A stretch of 64,000 nucleotides of DNA from positions 5,720 through 69,719 of the IMG/VR virus record IMGVR_UViG_3300046689_000393; one strand, written 5' to 3'. This document shows, piece after piece, positions 1 to 9,303 of this stretch. The translations under genes were made by a program, and so were the position numbers. The first letter of the stretch is position 1; every line of letters begins with the position of its first letter. The stretch comes from a virus. Under the pieces are notes generated by a model. That model was not told where the DNA came from. It was given only the letters and a program-made list of their open reading frames with translations, and searched no databases.

Positions 1-897
1 CGGGTCGTCCAGGTCGTAAAGCTCCGCGTCAATCTTGCGGTCCGGGAATCCGGGAATGTCCCCCCAGGCAACTCGCACTCCTCGGTCCGGTAAAATCTGC
101 GACCGAATGTCCAGCATGATTTGCCTTTGCTGCTCCGCGCCAACCATCCACTTCCATCCACGGAAGGCCGGGTCCTGGCGGCAGCCGTGTTTCATCGCCC
201 AGCGATAGAAGCTCGGCCTCTTTCTAAAGTTGCCAATTTTCAGCTTGACCATTTCGTCAGAGTCCAGGTTGTGAAGGTCCAGCAGGTAGCCAAGCGCGCG
301 CATACCCAGCGGATTGCAGGCGGCAGTAGCAGAGAGCCCCAGGGTCCGAATGCCCTGGCGCTTGGCAGCGATTAGCATTTCGGCGTTCCACGAGTCACCG
401 GAGCACCGGTGCACTTCATCGAAAACCAACTGTTTCACCGCCGGGTGAAATATGAAATGACCGTAGTTGGCGGCACGCTTTTTTGTCTCCAGACAATGAA
501 TCCCTCTAGGGTGTGCGTAGCAGGGTTCAAACTTCTCCAGGTCCACAATGCATTGACAGGTCTGGCATTTGAAAAACTGCTTGGCCTCGGGTTTCCCGTT
601 GCTCCACTTACCGAAGGGAGTATTTCCGGTTCGCAGCATTTCATAACCTACGACCGAGAATTTTTCCCCGAAGTGTTCAGCGGCACGGCTCCAAACGCTT
701 CGAGCGATTTTAGGACAGATAACCAAGGTGGGCAATCCGGAAGCGGCAGCGACGGCAGCGGACACGTAAGTTTTCCCTGTCCCCGTATCTGACAAATCAA
801 CTCCGCTTCGGTGAGTTGAAAGAACGGCGGACAGGTGTTTCGCCGGTTCGACTTGGTGCCCGCGCAATCTTTCTTTAATTTCTTCGGCACTTAACAA
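1..897 (-). CDS. Superfamily 2 (DExH) helicase, C-terminus runs off the window
   Basis: Not in the ORF track; hand translation from TTG at 897 gives MLSAEEIKERLRGHQ, Walker A SDTGTGKT, motif II LVFDEVH and motif III LGLSAT; Cys/His insert CQTC..C..H...HC. Confidence 0.9.
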   Translation of the reverse strand, partial: MLSAEEIKERLRGHQVEPAKHLSAVLSTHRSGVDLSDTGTGKTYVSAAVAAASGLPTLVICPKIARSVWSRAAEHFGEKFSVVGYEMLRTGNTPFGKWSNGKPEAKQFFKCQTCQCIVDLEKFEPCYAHPRGIHCLETKKRAANYGHFIFHPAVKQLVFDEVHRCSGDSWNAEMLIAAKRQGIRTLGLSATAACNPLGMRALGYLLDLHNLDSDEMVKLKIGNFRKRPSFYRWAMKHGCRQDPAFRGWKWMVGAEQQRQIMLDIRSQILPDRGVRVAWGDIPGFPDRKIDAELYDLDDP

Positions 898-1352
898 CGC
901 GCCTCCCTAGCAGCTTCGACCGCTTTTTGGGCCGCGATACGGGTTTCGAAATATCCTATATGCTTGTCACGTCCAAACAAAGCTATTTTGGCGTGCCATT
1001 TTTCTCGGTCCTTTCTCCAGGCCACGCCCATGACCCCGCTGGTATTATTTTTTGGTAGCCTTCGGTTCCATTGATTTTGAGACCGAGTTGAGGGCCGCAA
1101 ATTAATCCGCTGATTATCGAGGGAGTCCTGATTTTTGTGGTCTGTCTCTAGCCCTTCTGGAGTTCGCGCGATTTCCCGGTGCATCCAGATTGTAAATTTT
1201 TTACCCTCCGGAGTGCGGGCGCTTCGAGCAGCATAGAAGGTTTCTTCACCTTTCCGGCGACGAGCCGCATACCATTTCCATTGATTCAACCAATCGAAAT
1301 CGGCGTCATCAACTTTGGCTGCCAATCCTCGGCTCAGTGGAATCAGTCGCAT
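891..1352 (-). CDS. HNH endonuclease with C-terminal AP2 domain
   Basis: MHREI..TDHKNQDSLDNQRINLR, then NNTSGVMGV..KWHAKI..HIGYF. Confidence 0.9.
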   Translation of the reverse strand: MRLIPLSRGLAAKVDDADFDWLNQWKWYAARRRKGEETFYAARSARTPEGKKFTIWMHREIARTPEGLETDHKNQDSLDNQRINLRPSTRSQNQWNRRLPKNNTSGVMGVAWRKDREKWHAKIALFGRDKHIGYFETRIAAQKAVEAAREARC

Positions 1353-1612
1353 ACGTCGCCGTTTTCTTTGATTTTCAAACTTTCATAGTTTGATAAAATG
1401 CGTCTGTAAAATTCCTGGCCGCAGCAGACCAGCGCGCCCAGCAAATCGTTTGCGGTTGAATATGAGGGTCTCGCAGTGAAGAGGCGCTTCATAATCCGGA
1501 AAACGCAGTAATTGAAATCGCCTGCGGTCCAGCCCATGTTGAAAAGCTGGGTAGCCAGCAGGTCAATCGGCGCGTCTAGTTGTTTCCGTCGTTCTTGCTT
1601 AATGTAGGGCAT
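1343..1612 (-). CDS. Conserved phage hypothetical protein (89 aa)
   Basis: MPYIKQERRK..GDFNY..EFYRRI..YE..KI.ENGDV pattern; start re-assigned to ATG at 1612. Confidence 0.75.
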   Translation of the reverse strand: MPYIKQERRKQLDAPIDLLATQLFNMGWTAGDFNYCVFRIMKRLFTARPSYSTANDLLGALVCCGQEFYRRILSNYESLKIKENGDVCD

Positions 1613-1872
1613 AATTTTTCTAGGTCTTTGAACATTTGCTCTGTGCTGCGGGTGTCCACTCTTCCGACGTAGCCGCCTCGCTCGCTCAGCGGATGGTAGC
1701 CTTCGAATTTTTCGTAGATGGCGTATCGTCCGCCTGATGGCCCGAATGGGCCGGGCTGCGGCAGTTCCCGCCCGTGATTTGCTTCCCAAATTTTCGCCTT
1801 CCACCAGTGCCAAGTGAACCAGCGCGTCCACCAGGGGCACCGGGGATAGTGTGCTGACCAAAGGCTCCTCAT
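1576..1872 (-). CDS. Hypothetical protein
   Basis: Fills the gap with overlapping start/stop junctions on both sides. Confidence 0.55.
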   Translation of the reverse strand: MRSLWSAHYPRCPWWTRWFTWHWWKAKIWEANHGRELPQPGPFGPSGGRYAIYEKFEGYHPLSERGGYVGRVDTRSTEQMFKDLEKLCPTLSKNDGNN

Positions 1873-2333
1873 GGCGTAGGAGTTTTCTTAACAGTCAGTG
1901 CTTCAATTCTCTCAGCGGTCTTGCCCGGCTTAGGCCGGTCGTCAACCATCTGGCCGATAGACTGAGCGTCCAACAGGATACCCAGGCAGGCGCGGGCGTG
2001 CGCTAAGTGATGCCTTCCCGAATCGGAGGCGCATTCCTGACCGTCATACCAGTCGTGCAGATGCCGCAGCGCAGCGGACACATAAATTGATGCGCTGACT
2101 TTCTCGTCGCGCCAGTTGTAAGGCCCGTATTTCTCCGCGCCGTCTTTGAACGCCATAGACTCCTCTACCAGCGCCACGCCGGGAATTAGGTGCAGCGGCG
2201 GCTTGTGCATGCCGATGCGGTCCTTGGGATTCGTGCTCTTCGGTGCGAGCTTGTCCATAGAGACATACTCGGGAGTTGGTTTGGGCTCCAGCATTACTTC
2301 GCCCGGCTTAGGAATTTTGAATTTATCGGTCAT
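1869..2333 (-). CDS. dATP/dGTP diphosphohydrolase-domain protein (DUF5664-like)
   Basis: NPKD..G..KPPLHLIP..GAEKYGPYNWR..SIYVSAALRHL..W.DG..DSGRHHLAHARACLGIL. Confidence 0.85.
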   Translation of the reverse strand: MTDKFKIPKPGEVMLEPKPTPEYVSMDKLAPKSTNPKDRIGMHKPPLHLIPGVALVEESMAFKDGAEKYGPYNWRDEKVSASIYVSAALRHLHDWYDGQECASDSGRHHLAHARACLGILLDAQSIGQMVDDRPKPGKTAERIEALTVKKTPTP

Positions 2334-2826
2334 GGAAAAAGGAAGTTGAAAGTTCAAGGTGCAGTTTGAAAGCTCCGTTGCCGGTGTGTTCCAGGTAATA
2401 CCTGGGGATGCCGTAGTCTCTGGCTATCTCAAGCTCTGCTGTAACTCCGGTAGAATCGCGCCAGCCGTCCAGGCCCAGCACGACAATGCGGCAAGAGAGT
2501 TGTAGATATTCGGTGTCAACCTGCTTCCAAAATTCCCAGTCACCGCGCATTTGCGCTTGGACGTGCAGCGGGTGACTGTGTGTAATCGGGCTGAAAACAT
2601 TCCAGCCGTGCTCGTTCATGAGATACGCGGCTGCTTGTGTTGCCATTTCGAAGCGCCACTTTTGGACATTGACTCGGGCCTCGGGATTTGGGTCCTTCGA
2701 TGTATATGGCACCGCAAGATATGTCAGCGGACGAAAAAGCTCGTCCGGCGGACCCAGGCTGCCGGTGCTCCGGAGATATTTAAGCAGGGGATGCATTGCC
2801 GGTGCCGTCGTGACGTTTTCCGTCAT
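2323..2826 (-). CDS. DUF1937 / nucleoside deoxyribosyltransferase-like protein
   Basis: YLAVPYT..VFSPITHSHP..W...D..VLGLDGWRDSTGVTAELEIA. Confidence 0.8.
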   Translation of the reverse strand: MTENVTTAPAMHPLLKYLRSTGSLGPPDELFRPLTYLAVPYTSKDPNPEARVNVQKWRFEMATQAAAYLMNEHGWNVFSPITHSHPLHVQAQMRGDWEFWKQVDTEYLQLSCRIVVLGLDGWRDSTGVTAELEIARDYGIPRYYLEHTGNGAFKLHLELSTSFFHDR

Positions 2827-3007
2827 TCAGGATTTCAGGGATGATAGTTTTCTCTCCGTTCTCTTCGATGACTTCTCCGGCTTTGCGGAGACCCTCGCCG
2901 GGCCATAACGGATTCTGGCCTTCCTCGGGTTTCTGTTTCGGTGGTTTTGGCATATACAGTTCTTTTATTAGGCCCTTGATTTGTTCGAATTCTCGGGCGT
3001 ATCTCAT
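2780..3007 (-). CDS. Hypothetical protein
   Basis: ORF coupled to both neighbours. Confidence 0.5.
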   Translation of the reverse strand: MRYAREFEQIKGLIKELYMPKPPKQKPEEGQNPLWPGEGLRKAGEVIEENGEKTIIPEILNDGKRHDGTGNASPA

Positions 3008-3978
3008 TCTCCAGTTTGTGCAGCTTCAGCGGTCACGTCTTGTAACCACTGAGCCACGGTGAATACTCTAGGGCTCGCCGGTGTAGTGTCATTCCAGATG
3101 ACGTTTAAACGCGGCCCCTGTCGGTTGCTCGAAAGCTTTTTGATAACATCAGCATCCAAGGAAAGCGCGAGCCGGTTGTCCGCGTTCTTGCGCTGCTGCC
3201 TCGCAGCCATCGTGTTTGTTGATGTAACTACGTGATAGTGCTTGAAGCCAGCAGCCACAAGAGCGCGAAAATCTGCGGAGGATTCTACGCGGGTGACAAT
3301 CACCTTCGCGACATACTGGTCACTGCATTCAACTTGCTTGACCCAGTAGCCAGGAGCGCCGAAGCCCGGCCAGCGTTGCTTTGCGTATTCGGTGAACAGG
3401 AAACGCGCCGGTGAGAGCGGATACTTGTCCGAGATTACGCCGTCGCCCCAGGTTTTAATTGTCTCCCGGAAATTTAAAAGTTGCGGGCTGCCGGTCTCCA
3501 GGTCCGGATAAAAGTCACGGAGGAAGCGGTCAATCGAGTCCGTCAGTTCCACCACTGAAGCCAGCGGCACTTGAGCGGCCAGCCAGCTTTTGCCAACGCC
3601 ACTACGACCGGTCAAAAGGATTCTGTTTGGAGCGGTTGGGGCGGAACGCGCAGTCTGAGATAACGGGCTGTCGACAATCGGGGCATTCATCGCCGCCGCC
3701 GTGGTAGGGATGGCCGCAGGTGATACAGGTAAAGCGATGCCCGGCAACGCTTGGCCCAGCGCCTCCAGCGATTGCATTTCCTCCGGCCCCAGGAATTGCG
3801 TCATTTCCGGATGTTTGGCAAGCACTGCGTTGTCCTGCGCCACGGCCAAAGCTTCCGTTTGTCGGCCTTGGAAGTCCGGCGTTTTCTTTAACGGCTGCCC
3901 CTGGAGCGTCGTCTTTCCTGCTATCGCTGCGAGTTGTGCTCTCAACTCTTCGCGCTTTGTATCCGTCTCGTTGCTCAT
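3004..3978 (-). CDS. P-loop kinase-like protein (possible dNMP kinase) with low-complexity N-terminus
   Basis: RILLTGRSGVGKS Walker A; later W..KVIVTRVE..DF layout resembles phage dNMP kinases. Confidence 0.55.
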   Translation of the reverse strand: MSNETDTKREELRAQLAAIAGKTTLQGQPLKKTPDFQGRQTEALAVAQDNAVLAKHPEMTQFLGPEEMQSLEALGQALPGIALPVSPAAIPTTAAAMNAPIVDSPLSQTARSAPTAPNRILLTGRSGVGKSWLAAQVPLASVVELTDSIDRFLRDFYPDLETGSPQLLNFRETIKTWGDGVISDKYPLSPARFLFTEYAKQRWPGFGAPGYWVKQVECSDQYVAKVIVTRVESSADFRALVAAGFKHYHVVTSTNTMAARQQRKNADNRLALSLDADVIKKLSSNRQGPRLNVIWNDTTPASPRVFTVAQWLQDVTAEAAQTGE

Positions 3979-4081
3979 ATCGTAATTCTGTTTCCGGTGT
4001 GATGATTGCAGTGGATTCAGGCCACAGACAAATCTCCGCGTCTTCTGCGGCTGTCTTTCTGTATGGCGCTGACCTATTCAT

Positions 4082-4678
4082 TTAGTTACTACAGCTTACA
4101 CCTTTATTGTCTTCGTTGCAGCAGTTTTCTGCAATCTCGGAGGACACCGTTTCGAGCCTCCGGAAAAACTTCTGCCTTCGGGTGAATTCGTCATCCACTG
4201 CCGACCAGAAGCAATCGAGTTGCGCGGCCTTCAGTTCGAGTCCGGCAATCGCGCGATTGAGCACGGCGAGTTGCACCTGGATTTCCATGTTGGCCTTTTC
4301 GTCCTTCGGGTCAACGGTCTTTTCCTGGAGCATGTTCCGCCGTTTGATGGCCAGCAGATATGCAACTTGCACGTCAGCGCGCCGGTCAATGCTCCGCTTG
4401 TTCCACTTCAAAAGCTGGTTCCAAGAGGCGGAGCGCATTTTACCGGCCAGCTTGTCCTCGACTGTTTTCGCTTCGAAAACGCTTTCGTAGCTGGTCTGGC
4501 GGGCCTGCTGATAGACTTTGCGCTGCTGGTTAGTTAGCCGGGTCTTCGGTGCGACGAGTAGCTCTGTCGCCACTTCGGCGGGCATTGCATCCCTCGGCGC
4601 AGGCCGGACGGTATTGTTGTGGTTGAGTCCGGTTGTGTCTTTGTAGACCCGGAATATTCTGTTTACGTGTTTGTTCAT
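4082..4678 (-). CDS. Hypothetical coiled-coil protein
   Basis: ORF; probable start MNKHVNR at 4678. Confidence 0.65.
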   Translation of the reverse strand: MNKHVNRIFRVYKDTTGLNHNNTVRPAPRDAMPAEVATELLVAPKTRLTNQQRKVYQQARQTSYESVFEAKTVEDKLAGKMRSASWNQLLKWNKRSIDRRADVQVAYLLAIKRRNMLQEKTVDPKDEKANMEIQVQLAVLNRAIAGLELKAAQLDCFWSAVDDEFTRRQKFFRRLETVSSEIAENCCNEDNKGVSCSN

Positions 4679-4694
4679 TTTTGTTTTTTGTTTA

Positions 4695-5807
4695 CTAAAA
4701 GGTTGGCGGCAAGCACTGACTGCAATCGCAGTCCTCGTGATAAGTGGCGGCAAGGGGCGGATTTGCACCACCAATAGAACTAGAAGGGATTTCACTGGTT
4801 GAAGTTCCGGTCACTGACGCGTCAGCTTCCGTCTTTCCCTCCGGTCCCCCGGTTATATTCGGCACCCTGCCTAAAATTTCAGTATCTTCGAAAACTGACC
4901 ATCCGTTTGCTAGTTTGTCTTGATACCACTGCGCAAACCCATGCACAGAGCCCTTGATGATTTCCTTCGAGAATTCATCGAAAAGTTTTTGCTTAATCCA
5001 GTCCGTCTCTTCGGTCAGAATGTCGGCCTGGACTTCCTTACATAGCGGCCCAATGTCGCTATTCGCCCCTTGCAGCTTCCCAGCTTCCTTCAAATGCTGG
5101 ACCGCTTTCAGCCAGCGCGCTTCAGTGCGCAGAGAGTTGATAAGCGACTCCACAAACTCGCCCGGCCCGGCCTTGGGATTCATCGGCTTGCACTTCATCT
5201 TTTCCTTGAAGCGGTCCGAAACGATTTTTGCAGTCATCGGCCATGCTGCACCGCGCTCGCCGTGCGGCTTGCCATAGTTCTTAATCACCACGCCTTCCAC
5301 CATGCAGCCGCCCAGGCTGCTCTGCGTCTCCAGGAACTTGTATGGAACGCCAGCGTCTACGCCGGAGTAAATCACCTGCACCGGTTCCAGTTCGAGAATG
5401 TTGGCCAGTTCGATTTTGCCGCCAGGGGAGAGCCACTGATTCGGCACCGGGGAATTAGGTCCAGAAAAAGCGTCATAGAGCACTAGCCAATGCTTCGGCG
5501 TGCGGGAATAGCTCAACACGTTGTGCTTCGGCTTCGCCAGATATTCGCAGAAGTAAATCCAGCCTTCCCCCAAGAGACCGCGCTGAAATAAATCCTTCGC
5601 GGTGCATACTGCCCAGTTGAACATGCCGGGGTCCTGCTGGTTGATAATTGTGCTCTTGGAGCGGCAAACAAGATGCCCCTCGACCACGCCAAAGGTGAAT
5701 TGCGAGCCATCATATTTCTCTTCGATGACGACCGGACCATTCAAGATGCCGTTGGTCCAGCGTTCGCCCATGCGATAAATTTTCGGCACGGAGTTGATTG
5801 TGCTCAT
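4695..5807 (-). CDS. ATP-dependent RNA ligase family protein (Rnl2-like)
   Basis: Nucleotidyltransferase motifs: I EEKYDGSQF, III FCEY, IIIa LYDA, IV EGVVIK, V AKIV. Confidence 0.8.
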   Translation of the reverse strand: MSTINSVPKIYRMGERWTNGILNGPVVIEEKYDGSQFTFGVVEGHLVCRSKSTIINQQDPGMFNWAVCTAKDLFQRGLLGEGWIYFCEYLAKPKHNVLSYSRTPKHWLVLYDAFSGPNSPVPNQWLSPGGKIELANILELEPVQVIYSGVDAGVPYKFLETQSSLGGCMVEGVVIKNYGKPHGERGAAWPMTAKIVSDRFKEKMKCKPMNPKAGPGEFVESLINSLRTEARWLKAVQHLKEAGKLQGANSDIGPLCKEVQADILTEETDWIKQKLFDEFSKEIIKGSVHGFAQWYQDKLANGWSVFEDTEILGRVPNITGGPEGKTEADASVTGTSTSEIPSSSIGGANPPLAATYHEDCDCSQCLPPTF

Positions 5808-6298
5808 ATTACTACGGTAAAGTTTCCTACGTTAATTCTCCGGCCCACTTCCTCAAGCCGCTGTTGGGCTTTTTCGATTCGTTTCTGAATCTTGATACTG
5901 ATTTTCTGGTCTCGTGCCAGTCGGTCCTGCCAGTGTTCGAGCACTGCGATGGCGCGCTCTTTTCGGTTCTCCGGCGGGACATACTTCCAAATGCACCCCG
6001 GCATTCCAGTTGACGGAGAAATTTTCGTGCCCGCTCTTCGCAGCACCCCGCCGCCTTTGTCCCCCCGGCTCTCGTCCAGCCGGGCGAACACGATGCGCCA
6101 TCCATAGATGCCCATGCCGATAAGCCGGGCGGCAGCATCGGCCTCGGTCATTGGCCCGAACTCTCTGAAGAGCTTCTCCAAAAAGATATTCCGCTTGTCG
6201 GAATTCACGATGGCCCGGTAAGAGTTGGCGGTGTTGATTTCCGCCTCAGTCAATCCCTCCGGCAGGTCCCGCAATTCGATTTTGATTTTCTTGCTCAC
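5804..6298 (-). CDS. Hypothetical protein
   Basis: ORF; probable GTG start at 6298. Confidence 0.65.
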   Translation of the reverse strand: MSKKIKIELRDLPEGLTEAEINTANSYRAIVNSDKRNIFLEKLFREFGPMTEADAAARLIGMGIYGWRIVFARLDESRGDKGGGVLRRAGTKISPSTGMPGCIWKYVPPENRKERAIAVLEHWQDRLARDQKISIKIQKRIEKAQQRLEEVGRRINVGNFTVVI

Positions 6299-6436
6299 TT
6301 GGCCCCCGCTTTCCTTAGCTCCTTGCGAAGCCTGCGGCCCAGCCACGCGGCGCATTTCCCTTTCGGGTCCACTTGTTCCAGCGCTCCAATCACTGTCAGC
6401 GCTCCGGTTTTGACTTGCTGTCTTATTCCCATAAAT

Positions 6437-6664
6437 TTAGTCTTTGGTTTCGATGGCGCGGACCGTATAGCGCGTTGTGCGGCTCACAAGCTCCTGCGCT
6501 TCCTGCTCACTGATGCATTCACCAGGGCGGGCCACATTCCCGTGCTCTCCGTCGCCCTTGCCGGGCACGTCCAGGTCCCCTTCGATTTTCACCACGACCC
6601 AGGCGTTGCGCTTGTCGCGCAGCAGGTTCGTGTTTGGCCGCAGTGTTATTTTTGTCTTCGTCAT
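6437..6664 (-). CDS. Hypothetical protein
   Basis: 75-aa ORF in operon orientation. Confidence 0.6.
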   Translation of the reverse strand: MTKTKITLRPNTNLLRDKRNAWVVVKIEGDLDVPGKGDGEHGNVARPGECISEQEAQELVSRTTRYTVRAIETKD

Positions 6665-6702
6665 TTTATCAGCTTACCATTTCTCGCTGCGTGGTGCAGC
6701 GC

Positions 6703-8484
6703 TTAGTTGTTCTTGTTTTCCGGTTCGCCGGACACGTAAAAAATTTCTTTCTTGGTCCGGGTGATTGCCACGTAGTAAAGCCGGGCCTCTTCGCCCTCGC
6801 CTTCCTTCTGCCGGTAGGTGTCATCCAGCACGAAAACGCGGTCCCATTCCAGGCCCTTCGCTTTGTGTGTCGAGCTAAGGATAACGGCGGGCCTGCTTTC
6901 GCCTTTGGTGTCTTCGAAAATGTTGTCGATGCGCTCCGAGATTTCCCGGACGTTCGCCACGCCATCAGCGAGGGCCATCAGAGTTTCTTTCTGGTCGTTG
7001 ATAAGCTCGGCCTTCTGTTCGAACCGCTTCGAACCCCTGGCACGATTCGTCATCCGCTCCGCCCAATTTTCAAGCTTGGTAATGAACTGCGGCACAGAGC
7101 GAGCGTTTAAACGCGTCGCAATACCTTTGAGTTGCTTGCCAATGTCTTTGCCTTCGATTCTGGCAGGGATGCCCTTTCGGAGCAACTGGAGGCAGACCGG
7201 AGTCAGCGGAGCATTGAGGCGGCTAAGAATCGCGTCGCCGACCTGCACCGATGAGGTAAGCAGATTCATGCGGATGAAATGCTCGGCACCTTCGGGAGCG
7301 TCATCAGCGGCGCGGTAGTCGCTCACGAGTTGCTGAGCCCGGCGGACTACTACCTTCGGGCACCGGCGGGTGATGGTGAGCGGGAAGCGCTTCGCTTCCA
7401 AGTCCGTCATCATCTTCGCCATGCCGTCCTGCATCGCGCCACGGAAACCGTAAATCGCTTGCCAGTCATCGCCCACGATGCCCATCCGTCCGCCGGTGCG
7501 CACTGCTTTGCGCGCCATTGTGATGCCGGGGAGATTCGTGTCCTGGCCCTCGTCCAGCACTATCAAATCGAACAGCGGCACTACCCAGCCCATCACCACC
7601 GGCAACCAGACTTGGTCATTGTAAGAAATGCGGCCTTCAGAGTCGCGAACCTTCGAGAGCTTCAGCACTTCGAGGGCGCAGGCGGCGAGGCGTTCAACAG
7701 TCCAGCCCAGGCTCTCAAAGTCCGGGAGTTCGATACCGCGCTCGTCCGCCAAGTCCATCAGTTCCGCGACGGTGGGCCACAGGCAGCAATTCTTTGCGAA
7801 GGCAACCAGCTTGAGCACTTGCGCCCTAGCTTCGTCCGGGGAGTCCTGGCCGCACGCGACGGCAACGCGATACTTTTCGACTTCGTCGTCAGGCCGGGCG
7901 TTGGGCCAGAACATGCGCACGAACCGATACCCGAGCGCGTTCATTGTCAAGACTTCCACGCGAGGGTCAGTTATTTTCGCCTGCGCTTCAATCTGATTTT
8001 TCTTGAGGAATACGAGATACGCGATGCGGCGCTCGGGGGCGAGCATCAGGCCATACTTGCAGACGGTGGTTTTCCCTGTTCCTGCCCTAGCAAAAATTAC
8101 AAAGTTCCCGGAGCCGTCGCGGATTTCGGCGAAAATGGTGTGCTGTTCTTCCGACCAGGGAATGTCCAGGGAGATAGGCGGCGCAACGAAACCCTCGATA
8201 CGCTCTGCCACGCGCGCGGAGCGGGGCGATTCGACCAGAGTGGGGTAGATGACACCCGCCGCCTCGTTCACTGCTTCGGAAGCTACGTCAGACCAGCGGC
8301 AGACTTCCCAGGAGCCGAAGCGGTCCTTGCGGCAACTAACACCAGCGGCTTTCAGGTCTTCCTTGTTCGAGCGCCACGCACCCCAAAAAGCGGGGGTAGG
8401 CTGCGCAACGCGGACCACTCGCTCGCCATTGTATGTCTTCACCACTTTTGGCGCGGACCAGTTCAGACTTTCAAGTTCGTTCAT
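6703..8484 (-). CDS. UvrD/Rep-like superfamily 1 helicase
   Basis: ARAGTGKT, VLDEGQD, VGDDWQAIYGFRGA, STHKAKGLEW, YVAITR. Confidence 0.95.
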   Translation of the reverse strand: MNELESLNWSAPKVVKTYNGERVVRVAQPTPAFWGAWRSNKEDLKAAGVSCRKDRFGSWEVCRWSDVASEAVNEAAGVIYPTLVESPRSARVAERIEGFVAPPISLDIPWSEEQHTIFAEIRDGSGNFVIFARAGTGKTTVCKYGLMLAPERRIAYLVFLKKNQIEAQAKITDPRVEVLTMNALGYRFVRMFWPNARPDDEVEKYRVAVACGQDSPDEARAQVLKLVAFAKNCCLWPTVAELMDLADERGIELPDFESLGWTVERLAACALEVLKLSKVRDSEGRISYNDQVWLPVVMGWVVPLFDLIVLDEGQDTNLPGITMARKAVRTGGRMGIVGDDWQAIYGFRGAMQDGMAKMMTDLEAKRFPLTITRRCPKVVVRRAQQLVSDYRAADDAPEGAEHFIRMNLLTSSVQVGDAILSRLNAPLTPVCLQLLRKGIPARIEGKDIGKQLKGIATRLNARSVPQFITKLENWAERMTNRARGSKRFEQKAELINDQKETLMALADGVANVREISERIDNIFEDTKGESRPAVILSSTHKAKGLEWDRVFVLDDTYRQKEGEGEEARLYYVAITRTKKEIFYVSGEPENKNN

Positions 8485-8488
8485 GCTA

Positions 8489-8944
8489 CTAAGATAGCAC
8501 CGGCGCGGGAATATTTGTCACACTATCTTCAACTTTCGCAGGGGTGACTTTCCAGATTGCTTTCACCCGGACGCCCGGCGGGAGGACGATTTTGTCGTGT
8601 ATCTTGCCGTCCACCACTGCGAAAGCATGGCCAGCCATAGCGAGGACGTAGCGGCCCTCTTGCAGTTCGCCAATCAGCTTGTAAAGGGTCCGGCGTGGCT
8701 CCTGGGGCCTGAAGTGTATGTCTCCCAAGCGGCGCACCAGGGGCGACTCCATCGCCCGGCGGATATTCGCGCCCTGCTTTGGCTTGCGCCCGTTCAGAGC
8801 CATAATGCGGTGCGCCTCGGCATAGGGGATTGCGAAAGCGGAGGCGAGGGCGCGGACAGTGCAATCTCGGGCCTCGTCGCGGTCCCTGCCGCTCAGGGTG
8901 ATTTCGGTGTGCCGGGCGATTACTATGGCTTTTTCAGACAGCAT
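8489..8944 (-). CDS. Conserved phage hypothetical protein
   Basis: DCTVRALA..PY..GHAFAVVDG.IHD pattern; start re-assigned to ATG at 8944. Confidence 0.7.
   Translation of the reverse strand: MLSEKAIVIARHTEITLSGRDRDEARDCTVRALASAFAIPYAEAHRIMALNGRKPKQGANIRRAMESPLVRRLGDIHFRPQEPRRTLYKLIGELQEGRYVLAMAGHAFAVVDGKIHDKIVLPPGVRVKAIWKVTPAKVEDSVTNIPAPVLS
8491..8529 (-). promoter_or_regulatory. Class-1 repeated promoter-like element, copy 1
   Basis: AAGATAGTGTGACA-N15-GTGC-TATCTT-N6-ATG of the helicase. Confidence 0.75.
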
Positions 8945-9140
8945 GGAAGTCTTTGTCAAGGATGAAAAGGTCTGTGTCGTAGCAGTAATAATAGTGCTTC
9001 CGGTCCTGGCAGTTCCAGACATAAAGGTAGCGCTTGCCATCCTTCACAAAGGGAACTTCAGAGCCGCCGCAGCCAACCGCCCAGGGATAACAGAAGCCGC
9101 CGCCGATTTGGTTTACCAGTCTATCAAACATTTCACTCAT
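8934..9140 (-). CDS. Hypothetical protein
   Basis: ATG lies 6 nt after the -10 of class-1 copy 2. Confidence 0.75.
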   Translation of the reverse strand: MSEMFDRLVNQIGGGFCYPWAVGCGGSEVPFVKDGKRYLYVWNCQDRKHYYYCYDTDLFILDKDFHAV

Positions 9141-9303
9141 GGTTACAAGGTAGCACAGGCGCAGGAATGTTTGTCACATTATCTTTCCGTCCCGAACCGC
9201 CGCAGTCAGGGCAAATTGTCTCCGGCTGGCTGGCCCAAGGGCGCTTTCCTTCGCGGTCCAGCGCGCCTGCTCCGCCGCATGTTGGGCAAAGGTCGTCGCT
9301 CAT
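9133..9303 (-). CDS. Small DnaJ-type zinc-finger protein (56 aa)
   Basis: Not in the track; hand translation MSDDLCPTCGGAG...ICPDCGGSG has two CxxCxGxG motifs. Confidence 0.75.
   Translation of the reverse strand: MSDDLCPTCGGAGALDREGKRPWASQPETICPDCGGSGRKDNVTNIPAPVLPCNHE
9147..9185 (-). promoter_or_regulatory. Class-1 repeated promoter-like element, copy 2
   Basis: AAGATAATGTGACA-N15-GTGC-TACCTT-N6-ATG. Confidence 0.75.

Noticed and set aside
435-890. Two in-frame minus ORFs separated by a single TAG, suggesting stop-codon recoding
   Set aside because: The real gene is the SF2 helicase in another frame, and TAG ends credible genes elsewhere (34949, 43797).
1869-2333. Z-genome (2-aminoadenine) call
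   Set aside because: No PurZ is visible in the window, and DUF5664 alone is insufficient.
7279-8547. Long antisense ORFs (also 30835-32016, 27192-28073, 56413-57243)
   Set aside because: They are shadows of well-supported genes on the opposite strand in GC-rich DNA.
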